This document shows positions 25,924-38,389 of a stretch of 64,000 nt of DNA, piece after piece (position 1 is the stretch's first letter; every line of letters starts with the position of its first letter). The stretch comes from Styela clava (lineage: Eukaryota), in contig NC_135261.1 of the NCBI RefSeq assembly GCF_964204865.1, positions 5,518,001 to 5,582,000 on the forward strand, written 5' to 3'. The translations under genes were made by a program, and so were the position numbers. Under the pieces are notes generated by a model. It was given only the letters and a program-made list of their open reading frames with translations. It had not been told where the DNA came from and did not search any database.

Positions 25924-28900
25924 CTCACTAGGCTCAGGATAAAAATATCAAAATCTAAATTAAATCTCTTCTCCGTAAGATAGTCCTTAATACGACTTTA
26001 AACTTTATATCATATTGACAGTTAAGTAGTATAGGGTGTTCATAAAGTTCCTTTACATTTTACAGTTTTGTTGTGAAGTAAGTTCTCAATATAAATTTAC
26101 CAGGTTTTGTTTTATTTTAGTCAGTGTTTGTTTAGACTTTTTTTGACTTTACTAAATACACCTTTATATGCACATTATGAGCTGAACGAATCACACCTTT
26201 TTACCTAATTTGATACAGGACATTTTGTTTGCCTACTTTACATCAAGTTGTATAAACGGACTAAAACCTATGGGCAGGGGGGATATTCACTTTGCTAACA
26301 CAGAAAGTCCACGAATTCGTAACTAAAATAAAGAAAACTGGAATAAAATTATGGCCTAACCCTGAACTGATACAAATACCACGGGAGTACTCCTTTGCCT
26401 GTATTTCTGACTCGTTAGTCCTTTCACTTTTGCGAATCCTGTTCCACGTTGCAGATGTTGATACGCGCCAAAAGTTAATATTTAACTCAATAACGAGTTA
26501 CAGTAAATTCACAATCGAACATATATGATCATTATGTGATTTAAACCAAATATATTCACGCCGTGCTAGGTGACGTATCACACAAAGACAAATATTTGTC
26601 GTTCTATTGTACCTATGGCGTCCATGTATAGTTGAATGGCCCGCAATATCAATATGTGATGTGTGTGATAAATAAGTCCGAACGTGCCGACGGGGGAAGG
26701 GGGTATGGATAATTTGCAGTCACGTTTCAAGGTACTATGGCGTTGTATTATAAGTTAAAGCTTACTAACTTATTTTTAAATCTAAGTTAGATGTGAAACT
26801 ACTTTTAAATTCTTTATGACGTAACAGTACTTTTCCAAAAATTATCGGATAATGATTATGATGTCATGAATCCTCAATTTTTAAGTGGTGAACGAAACCC
26901 TGCGCACAAAATTGTGTAGTCAACACCGAACAAAAAAAGATTCGAGGGCTCCCAAACAAAAAAAAGAGGCCTTCCAAATGTATAACCTCCGTACTTATTA
27001 GTAAGTGCTTCCCCGGGGCTCTGTTCGGGGTGATAAAGTTGTGAAAGCGATTCGAAACGAAATGGTTGTGCCACGCTAACTAGAAGTACTTACGTCGTGT
27101 TGTGATCATGGCACCAAAATTCGAATTTGAATTACAGATTTTATCTAATATTTAAAAAACTCTCAAATCGCTAAATTTGACTCAAATTAGACTAATAAAT
27201 AATATTCAGTAACATATAAACGTGTCCGTAAAATTCGCCGTAGGAAATCTCGCCGCAGGAAATTTCGCTGCATAGGGAAATTCGCAGCATGAAAAATTGC
27301 CGCAAGAGCATTTTGCTGTAAAACAAGTATTTGTGATAAAAACAGTTAGCTTTATAGGGTTAGGGTGCTTTTGAATAACGAATCAATTTTAGGTAAAAAT
27401 GTACTTCAAAAACCTAACTGTTTTTATCACAAATACTCGTTTTACAGCAAAATGCTTATCCGGCGAAATTTCCTGGGGCGAGATTTCCTAAAACCACATA
27501 TAAATCCTGTTAAAAGTTTCCGCTTTTCCAAATGCTACGTTCAATTCATTACTTTCAAACACTCTTGAGTCTATAAAAACACAACGGGGTGACAATAGTC
27601 GCTTCCCGGATACAAAACTTCAAGATAACTTTGTCTCGCTCTTGAATAAACTACTTTAGCTCATAACAATGAAGAAATCGTTCGTATCATATCAAAATGA
27701 CGCAATCATGAATTGTTGTTACAATTGCTTATATCAGACAATAAATCGGACGTAGGCAATCTACGGCCCGCGGGGAAAAGCCGGCCCGTTGGATAATTCA
27801 ATCTGGCCCGCCTGATGCTGCCATAAATGTCTGCTTAACCAATTTTGCATGCACTTAATAGTTTTTGTTATTGAAATCTGTATGGCGCAATAGGCTTGTT
27901 AGATTAAGATCATAGTCAGCGATTCTTGTATTTTAGGTTAACACAAACTTATTTGGACCTCCTGAAATATGCGCACCAAGATGGCGCACAACCTGAACTC
28001 AGGTTGTGTACCAGGTTGGGGTTCAGGTTGTGCGACATCTTGGTGCGCATACTTCAGGAGTCCTTGTCGTGTGCCGTCACGCACAGCCCTGAGTTTCAAG
28101 TTAGTGCCGATAAAGTTTTTTTTAACGTCCCCATAAGTCGTAACGCTCTCCTAGCGGTATTTTTTATTTATAGCTTACCTATTCTTGCCATTCTGTTCAT
28201 AAAATGTAACTATTACGTCACAGTTAGTCTACAACGCCCGCCGGTCTAGGTGGGCAAAATCTTTGGCCCCTGGTTCAGAAACCTTGCCCTTCCCAACAGT
28301 GTAAATTGACTATAAATTTCATTTTTGAATTGTTTACTGACTGTATTACGGACCACTCATTTTACCTGTGTCGGATGTTTAGCAAGTATCAATCTTATTT
28401 ACTGGCGTGACCTCAATTATATACTGCAGTATTACTACTGCCTTTTTTGTTACACACATGGCTCGTGAAGTAAAGTTACTTTGATCCTGATTTTGTAGTT
28501 GGTTAAAAAGTCATAAATTGCGAGACGAATTTATTTATATTACAAAACCTTAATTTTCGTTATTATATGAACCTCTGCACAGATTCGATCCCGCGCAACG
28601 CCAGTATGTTCCCCAGCTTCCAAATTTAGGGTAAATATTGTTAGTATTAAACTATTTTAACTTATAAAAATGTGTTATGTATTCGACTGATCATCTTCAC
28701 CGGCATATGAGGCACTTTCTGTATATTCAAACACATTTTTATTTACGTTAAGAATTAAACCATGGTGTCACACCTGAAAAATAGGGAATGGGAGGGGGGG
28801 GGGGGCGTTCACCCTCCATAGAGGGTGGGGAAATCACTGACGCAACCTGTTGCGCACAGATCTCCGCAATAGTTAAAGCCGACTCTGATCTTTGGTTGGA

Positions 28901-29237
28901 TTTTAACTTTGAGAAAAACTTCCAAGAATAGGACCAGAATTGATACATTTTCTCGACAACATTTCTCTCTTGTTCCTTTTTATGAGTGTGAATTAAGCTT
29001 ACTAATACAGTAATCAAAATTGGTTGCAACCTCTATATGAAAGCAGTATTCCCGATTTAACTGCTATTAAATACAATCACGATATATATATAAATTAATC
29101 TTAAAACAATTTTCAATTCAAGAAAAGTTCGACTAAATTCCAAACTCACTAAGCGGAAATATTTAAGCACTTGACAAAATCTATTCCAATTGTACATCAG
29201 TTGCGTGTGAGTAAATGTTGGCACCGTACTGTGGCCT

Positions 29238-29634
29238 AGGTTGGGCATTTCGGATCGAATATTAGAATCAAGTCGAATAGTAAATTATTCGAATCGGTTC
29301 AGATGAGTATTCCAAATCGCCGCCATCTTGTTTTTTTTTGTCCGCACGCAGGTAGAGATGAATCCCTCGTTTTTTGTCCATGTCAAATTTCTTACTGATG
29401 ACTTTTTTCTTCCTAGTGACTTTTTGATGAAACATATTACTTACTGTATGTGAACACTCAATAAACTATCTGAGTGATAGATTATGTGTGTTTTAAAAAT
29501 TATGTGTCTGTAGAATCCATTACAATAAAACAGTCAATACAACTATATATCTTTCAAGAATTCGAGTTTCATTTCGAAAAAAAATATTTGAATCGATTCT
29601 GAAATCATTTAATATTCAAACATGCCCAGCCCTA
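29238..29634. mobile_element. MITE with (T)AGGGCTGGGCAT-type TIRs and TCGAAT repeats
   Basis: Inverted relative of 1847-2210; short version at 44452-44609; internal fragments duplicated at ~52760-52895 and ~53190-53330. Confidence 0.6.
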
Positions 29635-31136
29635 ACTGTGGCCTGACAATCAGTTTTTATCATGTCTGCACAGCACTCCGAATTCCATTTTTTGAAAATT
29701 CGGCTGCCGAATTCGCGGGGTTTTTCAACCAGTCTATTCAAATTTCTTGAATACACCAATGCCAGCACAACATTAGGAACTTTCAATTGTAATTTCGACT
29801 TCCAAACTTCAAAAGATTTTTAGGTTGACCGTAAGCTCAATAATATGTGCTGAAATAACTGACGCATAAACCAATAAAACAATTCGAAAAATCTAAACCA
29901 GGGGTGTACAACAGGCGGCATACGAGCCACATCCGTCCCGTAAAGCCTTTTAGTGAAGCCCTTGTCGACACTCAGAATTTTGCCAATCAAGCAGAAAATC
30001 CTATCCCGACAGCTTACGTTGGAAAAGGCTAAAATGGATTAAAATACATATTTCGCTGCGTTAAATCTTTCGCCGTTTTGTCCGATGCCATTATTACTGT
30101 AAGGCTGTAAGCCGCATTCTTTTGACTTCTCTTCCCGCTAAATATTTTGTGTGGCCCAGCTAGATTAAGTTGATTATATGGCCCACCGACGAAAAATGTT
30201 GCACGCCCCTGGTCGGAACCCTGTGTACCCTGTGTTGATCATATAGTTGTGGATTTACATATCGCACTGGTGGTTTCCACCAGGAGTGTAGGCAGGGAGA
30301 GGGTATGCACAGCGTTTACAAACTGTGTTCCGCGGAACACTAGTGTTTTGCGAGCGTCTTCCGTTTATTCGGTGAATAAGAGATTAAAATTACGACTAAA
30401 TTGGTCGGCACAGCGATCTTGTTCAATATCGCGTCACCGTCTTCCTAAAGAAGACTAACTTTTTGAACACGTAGTGGGCATAACAACCGTTTCGGTATTT
30501 TTGTTGTTCTGATGCTTGTTCTTTGACACGTTTTTAAAAAGTCGCTTTTCTCTTCGATTACTGGACCAATATCTTTGAAATTTTCAGTGGTTGAGGATGG
30601 AATTTTTCTCCAAATGAATTTGATATTTCGTCCAAAATTTTGCTGTATTATTATTATTGCTAGTACAGCGCCAGGGGCCACAAAGCCACAGCGCCAGGGG
30701 CCACAGAAACATTTTCAGATAGGCCACAACTCTATTAAAATTGTTAGACTTGATAAATATGTTTGTCAACTTTGATTTTATATATTAGAAATGAATGATA
30801 TGCCACACATCAAGGGCCGTATTCTGAAAAGGAACTTGAGCACCCAGTCGGACTTGACTTGGACGTGAGTTGGACTTCGGTGTAAAATGGGTATTCAGAG
30901 ACCAAACTCGAGTTTCGAGTTCGAGAAGAGCTCAAGTTCAGCTTGAGGGGCTTCAAGTACGACCTGGAGTTGGCTTGGTATTCAAATACGCACGAAGTAG
31001 GAAATTAAGATACGAATTTTGCCATTTCGAGTTGGAACCTCGAGTCTGGTCAAGGGCTGCTTCGACATCGTACTTGGGTATGGCCAAATCGCATTGTAGT
31101 GTTCGGTGAGTTGTGGCCAGGCAGATAGCATTGAAA

Positions 31137-32261
31137 ATGGATGTGTTATATGTCGCAGAAGTTGCGGAAATTATCAGACGGCATACCGGACCTCGTAGAT
31201 ACTTGAAAGATCAACAAAATCCACTTGAGATTTTGACCGATGTACAGTTTGTTGATCGTTACAGACTCACAAAAGACGGCGTAGTAAACTTCATGGCTTT
31301 TTTACACGAAGATCTAGCGAAAGTCAACAATAGGGGTTCGCCGCTACCGCCACTATTGAAATTCACCGTCGTGCTCCGTTTTTACGCAACTGGGTGCTTT
31401 CAGGTTGTATCGGGAGACCTTGAAGGAGTTTCCCAGCCAACTGTTAGTAGACTGGTGAAGGAGGTTAGCAGAATCATTGCAATAAAACATGATGACTTCA
31501 TAAAATTTCCCACCAACCCACAAGATGTTCGAACGCAGGCGATCAAGTTCTATCAGAAATCTGGATTTCCAGGCGTAGTTGGCGCGCTGGACTGCACTCA
31601 TATAAAAATTCAGTCTCCTGGAGGTCAGCACGCTGAACTGTTCAGAAACCGTAAGGGTTATTTCTCCATTAACGTTCAAGCGGTGTGTGACGCGGACATG
31701 CTACTCACGGATGTTGTCGCGCGCTGGAGAGGTTCAGTTCACGATGCTAGAATTTTTGACAACAGCTCTTTGCGGGAAAAGTTTGAAAACAGCACATATA
31801 CAAATATGCTGGTGGCGGACAACGGTTACGGATGTAAGCCTTACGTTATGACGCCGTTTCTGACACCACGATGTGTTGCTGAGCAAAGATTCAATAAATC
31901 ACTGATAAAATCTAGGATCACTATAGAACGCACTTTTGGTGTTTGGAAAAGGGTCTTTCCTTGCCTTTCTTTTGGACTACGCACCAAGATTGATACCACA
32001 ATGACAATCATTATTGCGACTGCTGTGCTGTACAACTTTGCAAGGCAACAAAGGTAAAAGTGAATGCAATACATTAGTAAATAACTCAGACAACATATTT
32101 CAAAACGAAATCATTTATTTAGAATCATCACTGACGACTATTATGCAGAGATACAGGATAACAATATTTCAACAATTATGGTAGGACCTCAAGCTCAAGG
32201 CAACAATGTCGCTGGCTTAGATAAAAGGAGGCAGATTGTGCAGAGCCATTTTACCCGTTGA
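31137..32261 (+). CDS. Harbinger (HARBI1-like) DDE transposase, 2 exons, 351 aa
   Basis: Exons 31137-32053 and 32123-32261 (GT-AG, phase 2). Motifs LRFYATG, VSQPTVSR (HTH), GFPGVVGALDCTHI (D), NRKGYFSINVQAVCD, GSVHDARIF, ADNGY (D), IERTFGVWK (E). Exon 2 ends GLDKRRQIVQSHFTR*, a typical Harbinger C-terminus. Confidence 0.93.
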
Positions 32262-32460
32262 ATACTGAAATTATGGAACGGTTGAAGGTCCAAATACCAA
32301 AAAAAACAAAAATTTAGGCTTATTCATGTGATTTCTAAACGCAAACATATGTAAACAGTCAACATTGAATTCAAATAAATGTCCAATTTTACAATGCAAT
32401 AATGTTTTAGAATTTTAGATGCTACACTGAGAAGACAAAAATCAGAATAATGTATGAGAT

Positions 32461-32807
32461 CAGGGGTTCCCAAAGTTAATTGACCATGGGCCGCAATTAT
32501 AAGGATAGTTGCGGACCAGAAATAGCAAAAAGGAAGCGAAAGCACGGCCGGGGTTAAGGGCGCACTTAAGCGCCCTGAGAAAAATTTAAAAAATAGGCTG
32601 TAAGTTTAATTTTAGATACGCCTAGACAAATCGCATAAGTGATATTTTTAAAGAAATGAGAACACTGCCAGTGTCTTTTTTCAGTGTCGCAAGAAGGTAA
32701 AAACATAAGTGTTAAACATATTAGTATCTATTTACGATTAAAGTTTTAACTGTTAAACTATTATGCGGGCCGTAACTCTCCCCCAGGCCACGGTTTGGGA
32801 ACCCCTG
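32461..32807. mobile_element. hAT-type MITE nested between the two Harbinger genes
   Basis: CAGGGGTTCCCAAA...TTTGGGAACCCCTG termini; degenerate 8-bp flanks. Confidence 0.7.
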
Positions 32808-32863
32808 TTCTAGATGCTACGTAGGGAACACAAAAATCACCTAGCTCCTGTCCTATTAAAGCA

Positions 32864-35011
32864 CTACTTTTCAGAGATTTCAGAACGGTAAGCTGCCATC
32901 TTTGCCGAATGTTCCTCTTTTAAATAACGTATCTGCAGCTCTAGCTTTCTAACTTTCAAATCATGTTGTATCTTCTGGCTCTCTAATAAAAAGCTTTCCA
33001 GATCAATACTCGAACGCTTTCTGCCCGAATAGGTTTTTGGTTTCTGTTTTTGGCTACGTATATTTACCGCTGGGCTCTGAAGAGACATCAATGTTTGAAT
33101 GCTTTCTGAATCATCAGCGCTGCTTATGCTGTTGTCTTTGCTTGTACTGTTGTCTAACATATTTTCTATTTCTGGAAATTCTCTACACTCAATCTGAATC
33201 ACTGTTGGCAGCGTGTTTCCATCAATTTCTAAAATGTCACAGAAAAGTTTATGTGAAAAAAGCAACACAAAAATGAGCTATGGTTAATAACCATTCTGGG
33301 AAAATCCGCCGAGGAAATTTTGCCCTATAAGAAAAATCGCTGGATGAAAAAAGAATATACCATAACCCTATCAATCTGTTTTTTTAATCACAAATACTTG
33401 TTTTACGGCAAAATGCTATTTTTTCTATGGGACCAAATTTCCTGTGGCGAAATTTCCAGACACGATTAAAATCAAACCAACGGTTCAGGAAATAAGCTAA
33501 AAATTCTTCTAGTCAAAGTAATAAAAGAACATGGCCAGTTCAATTCTGCATAATATCAAGCATTAGAGTGTCAAAATCAGTGCAGATGTAGAGTGATAAA
33601 TCTGCCCTGCAACATACCAGGCATGGTGAAATCTTCCACAGAAAACATGTTTGTGTCACTGTCAACGTCATTGTACAGTGGGTCGAATTGCTCCGGAATC
33701 ATACCATAAATTCTGTGGGATAATTCATCTGCTATATTCTTAGATGGTCCCCCTCCTGTAGATCGTAGACTCTTCTTCTCTTTAAGCACAGCAACCTTTG
33801 CCCTTTTGAAAAGATATAAGATATTTAGATTAGCTTTCAGAATGTGAGTTAGAAATGAAAAAACAAAAGTTTGCATAAGGATATCATGAATAATATTATC
33901 GGGTCTAGTGAGGTAAACGCCGTAACTGCTTAAATAACGCCTAATGAAATTGTGATGTGAAATGAACGCCGTTATTGCTTAAATAAAGCCTAACAAAAAT
34001 GTGATGTGAAATATTAGTGTAAATGATATAAATTATATCCGTATTGTCTAAAAATGTTGACGACTTATCTGCCCCTCATGCGCCAGGTTGTCCACCTTGG
34101 CTTCCATTTGTGCCAAGCGTTTAGCGTATTGTGTTCGTGCAAGACTGACTTTTATTTTCAGAAAAATATGAAATTTGGGTTGTATTTTCATACCACATTT
34201 TTGTTTGGCGTTATTTAAGCAGTTACAGCATTCATTTTCACACCATATTTGTGTTTGGGAGTATCTAAGCAGTTACGGCGTTTGCCCAAAGAGACGCAAA
34301 TTATCTGTGCATTCATTCTTGGAATTTTGGTTGTTTTCCTATTTGGCAAAATATTTAAGGTTCAAGATAACAGATCCTTCTCTTATTATTTATCTCAAGT
34401 TAGGAACGCTTCGTGAGTTTATTAAAACTTATCTTCTCACTTCCAACAACATAAAAATACAAGAGCTTAAGAAGTACAAATTATCTATCATTAGGTACTC
34501 TTTGCGACAGCATATCAAATTACAAGCAATGAATCAGTACACTTTCTTATGTTATGATAAGCAGCCTAGAACCCATGCGTTTCAAAATAATTGACTTACT
34601 AAAAGAGAAGGATGATAAAGAGATAATATTGAAATAAGAATATATATATTTCCAAACAATCATTTACTCTCTATATAAAACTGTTTTTACAATCGTGCTA
34701 TGCAGCATTTTAGACCAGCTATGTTGAGTTACTTTTCTTAGCACCATAAACATATGGAACACAAACCGTGACTTCATATTCATCCAGCATTTCTTCAATT
34801 GCTTGGCAGTGTACTTTTTCACATCTGGTAGAGCATTGAAATGATCTGTTATTCCGGCCCATGCATTACTTTTGTTACAAGTTGCATTAATATCGTTTTT
34901 CTTGCTTTCAATTATTCTGATTTGGGGTTCAACCAAATTGACAAGATTAATTTTTTCATTATCTGTGAATACAATCCGTGGTACAGTCTGTTTTTCAATA
35001 GAATCAGACAT
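32864..35011 (-). CDS. Harbinger accessory Myb/SANT-like DNA-binding protein (MSANTD/NAIF1-like), 3 exons, ~264 aa
   Basis: Exons 35011-34767, 33802-33618, 33228-32864, with consistent phases. FTDNEK..L..LV...IIESKKND...KSNAW..I...FN...QLKKCW.NMK trihelix domain, followed by the STGGGP motif and a C-terminal coiled coil. Alternative ATG at 35023. Confidence 0.88.
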
Positions 35012-35596
35012 TGCTACACACATTAAAATAATCCTGTAAAAATAAACAGTCAAAATAATCCAGTCTGGTCTGAAAGCAAGCATAACTTTGAAATCGCCAA
35101 GTGAACCCAATTCGTACGTTAATCGAGCCATACTGGTACCGTACCGTAGGACCTACTATATACTGCAATTATTAGTGAGATGATATTTTACGATTAACAG
35201 TAAACGTAACCAGCGCCGTAATACAATACGGTACTACATCTGTACAACGAACGGCTGCGCCATTCAGCGATCCCTTGGAGTCCACGTTTCTCGGTACCTC
35301 GCGACCCTTCCCACCAGAGCGCATCATTTTCTCAGCCAATGAGGATCGCGAATTTATGCAGAAGACTCAATGACCCGTAACGTATTTTTGAGTCCAACTT
35401 GAAATTTCGTACCACTCGAGTAGGCCTGGAAAACCGTTCTTGAATACCAAATCAGAACTCGAAATCAGCCGAACTTAAGCCGTACTCGAATGAAGCTTTT
35501 TTGGAGTCGTACTCGGACCTTGTTTCTGAATACGGGCCCAAGTCTCGTGCGAACAATCGTGACTTTTTTTTATTTCAAGTCAACTACGATTATCCA

Positions 35597-35604
35597 TCAC
35601 GTGA
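35597..35604. promoter_or_regulatory. Palindromic E-box (TCACGTGA, CLEAR/USF-like) in the putative promoter of the FKBP-psi/CCNQ/SCARB2 cluster
   Basis: ATCACGTGAT in a CpG-containing stretch ~60 bp outside the Harbinger right TIR, upstream of three plus-strand genes. Promoter role is inferred. Confidence 0.35.
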
Positions 35605-36139
35605 TTACCGCGGCGTTAGTTTTCATCGTTATCATCTGGCAGTCAGGCGCTCGTTTCAAAGGCAGAATTGCGTAGTTTTATTCCAATAGAATAGGACGAT
35701 TTATTTTTTTGACGAGTGTTTAATAAAAGATAGTTCAACATGAATGCTGTTATTGCTGATTTGCGATGTAAATCAACTCTGTACGTGTAATTCCGTGTCC
35801 TGGGGTACCGGTAGTGTGGGTAGACGGATGGTCGCGTATAAACTCTGAAACTAGGTACCGGTACGGTACCGTACCGTACTATACTACGGTACCGGTACTG
35901 AATTACGATATATTTACTGAACTGTTCGCTGTTGCAGGCTGGGTACCAGTACGGTACGGTGTGTCTGTGCGTGAGCAACATATCTGAATACAATAGTTTA
36001 AAGGATATTTATTACCACTTTTTGATTTTCCTGCATGAGAATGCTGGAATGAGGCATTTCAAATACCTGCAAATGACTACCGTATCGCTTCATATGAGAG
36101 CAAAGCGGTAGACTGGTAGAGCAGACGTTTTATCAATAT

Positions 36140-36486
36140 TCTGATATTGAAGTTCTTGCGCTGCATAGGCTATAGGCAAATCTTATCAAAAGAAGGGTCA
36201 AAAAGTAAATTTTCACTATCGGTACCGGTATAGGCTGGTACAGGCACTTTCGCTAGTGGACAAAAGTTTGATTCATCAAGAGGCCGAAGACAACCACTAT
36301 CTGACCGGATTGGTCATGGAGAAGTTATTCATGGATGGGAAGAAGGAATCCTAAAGATGAGCATTGGACAAAAAGAGCAAAGCTGATTTGCAGGTCTGAC
36401 TCAGCTTATGGTGAATCAGGTTATCCAGGGGTGATCCACCAAATTGCACTCTTCTGTGTGATTTGGAATTACTAAGCATTGGTTAA
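36140..36486 (+). pseudogene. FKBP1A: Intronless FKBP12-type peptidyl-prolyl isomerase pseudogene
   Basis: Frame-corrected translation DIEVL..GKSYQKKGQKVNFHY[20-nt insert]TGTFASGQKFDSSRGRRQPLSDRIGHGEVIHGWEEGILKMSIGQ[fs]RAKLICRSDSAYGESGYPGVI[fs]PPNCTLLCDLELLSIG* aligns end to end with FKBP12 (VHYTG, KFDSSRDR, EVIRGWEEG, AYG, GIIPP, ELLK). At least three frame-breaking lesions. Confidence 0.9.
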
Positions 36487-37663
36487 CTGTTCAGATTCCA
36501 ATGATTCATTTTTGCAACAAATTTTGACTTCAAATATTCTAAGTTGGTCCATGTATCCTCAAAATCATAATATTTGTTACATGACTAGACATTGCAGTCT
36601 AAAAATAGGAAATTCAAACATATATCGAATCATATTCACTATCTTATTGTTGTATGCATTTGTTTTCCAGTGATCAGTCATTTGAATTTCAAATCTATTT
36701 TCAAAAATCTGCCCTGGGATAGTGGATTTCATTTTCTAAAATATGGTAGACCAGAAAATTCTTAAGATAGGACTCTTTCAATTCTTGATAATTTCAACTT
36801 CAGTGCAAGCAGGGCTGGAGAGCTGGTTCGAAATCATATTGGCTCCATCTCACATTATATTCAAACTGTGTTCCCAGCTCAGGCGCTTCATTTTTCTATG
36901 TTCAAATGACTCTTTAACATTAAACAAGGATCCACTGAAAGGCACTGAATAGCTTTCCAGTTTGCCTAAGATTTTAACACAGTTTATTATAAACACCACA
37001 CCATCACAGCACTATTTTTTTTAGTTGGTCCAACAATTTTTATCAGTCATTTAATGTTCGAACAAAGTCTTCATTCAAGCGACCTGTTTATTCTAATCAC
37101 CATTTTCCTTTACCATTTGCAGTGTTATTCCTACAATCACTTCATTTTCTTGTTACACATAAAATCGATGCTCTTCATCTGTATGACCCCTCTCTAAAAT
37201 AAACTCATTGTTGTCACTGATATTCATAAATTTATTTATTTAAAGTTATTGCCCGATTCTGTATCGTGTATTTTTGTTTTATTGTGTAATTTGACTGTTT
37301 TTTTTTTTAACTTTTTAAGTTATGCCCGTCCTCTGTGTTTTGTGTTTATTCGTTTGTTATTGTTTTTGTTTTGTTTTATACCAGAGCGGTCGAAATAAAA
37401 TTGATTGATTGATTCAAAGAAAGTCGTACAAACCAAAACAGTCAAAACACATGCTTCTGTGCTTTGAGAATTTAGGAAACGCAAACTAACAAAACCAAAA
37501 ACTTTCAAAATTTCAAAACAAGAGACTACTTTACTGCCTTCGTGGCAGGCAAAGAAAGTTTTTTGCGCGGCAGCAAGGGCTGCGCAAAATACAAAATATC
37601 ACAAATTCTGCAATATCTTAATATTACTTTGCATTTACAGAATTTAATGCTGTTTAAATAAAA

Positions 37664-38389
37664 ATGGATAATAGTGATGAAAAGTCAACAAACTCAAGGA
37701 AGAAAGACAAAGACTCGCTTTTGCATTTTAAAGTTTCGAGATTCATCATTGAGTCGTCAGCAAAGTTGAAACTGAATTCAGTAACTTTGGCAAGTGCTTG
37801 TGTTTTATATCACAGATTTTACCAAGAATGCGAAATAGAAGATTATGATCCCTACACGATCGCTGCAACTGCTATATTTCTTGCAACAAAAATAGAAGAA
37901 CAACACACCCGACTTCGTGATGTTGTCAACGTTTGTCATCGAACTCTATTCCCGAGTAAACCCTTGTTAGAAATTGGACGGGAACTATATGATTTGAAAG
38001 ACACAATTGCTAATTGTGAGCTATTGATATTACGAGTTTTAGAATTTAAAGTCACTTGCGATCACCCACATAAATATATCTTACATTATTTAATGTCACT
38101 CTCTCAATTTTTCAATAGAAGAGAATGGGAGAGACATACCGTTGCACAAACTGCTTGGGCAATACTTCAGGACTGTTATCATGGGACTATCTGCTTATCG
38201 CATAGGCCACAACTCGTTGCTATTAGTTGTATTTATTTAGCGCTACTAACATGTAAAGTTGAAGTTCCGTTGAAACATTCATGTAAAACTCCATGGTGGA
38301 AAGTGTTTCATTCAACAGTTTCGAAACATGAAATATCGACTGTGATGGATGAAATAGTAGACTTGTATAATTTGGAAAAACAGTGTTGA
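37664..38389 (+). CDS. CCNQ: Cyclin-Q (FAM58A/cyclin M, CDK10 partner), single-exon CDS, 241 aa
   Basis: HFKVSRFIIES..KL..VTLASACVLYHRF, YDPY.IAATAIFLATKIEEQHTRLRDVVNV, ELLILRVLEF, HPHKYILHYL, AWAILQDCYHG, PWWKVF match cyclin Q. Splice acceptor TTTACAG 23 nt upstream of the ATG. Confidence 0.93.
   Translation: MDNSDEKSTNSRKKDKDSLLHFKVSRFIIESSAKLKLNSVTLASACVLYHRFYQECEIEDYDPYTIAATAIFLATKIEEQHTRLRDVVNVCHRTLFPSKPLLEIGRELYDLKDTIANCELLILRVLEFKVTCDHPHKYILHYLMSLSQFFNRREWERHTVAQTAWAILQDCYHGTICLSHRPQLVAISCIYLALLTCKVEVPLKHSCKTPWWKVFHSTVSKHEISTVMDEIVDLYNLEKQC

Larger units (their letters stand above)
30814..35538. mobile_element. Complete autonomous-type PIF/Harbinger DNA transposon (4725 bp)
   Basis: TIRs GGGCCGTATTCTGAAA (30814-30829) and TTTCTGAATACGGGCC (35523-35538), 14/16 matched. 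3-bp TSD CAA at 30811-30813 and 35539-35541. Contains convergent transposase and Myb/SANT genes. Subterminal GTATTC repeats at ~30891, ~30978 and ~35442. Confidence 0.93.

Noticed and set aside
31353-31679. Antisense ORFs within the transposase (also 31841-32074)
   Set aside because: Shadow ORFs of the real plus-strand CDS.
31137-32261. Calling the transposase the domesticated host gene HARBI1
   Set aside because: It lies inside TIRs and a TSD with its Myb partner, so it is treated as a transposon gene.
34175-34594. 139-aa ORF and most other 60-120-aa ORFs in the track
   Set aside because: They lie in introns or MITEs, often have non-ATG starts, show low-complexity AT-driven composition and have no motifs.
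36222-36233. Micro-intron rescuing the FKBP12 frame (GT...AG)
   Set aside because: Far too short for a spliceosomal intron, and independent downstream frameshifts remain.
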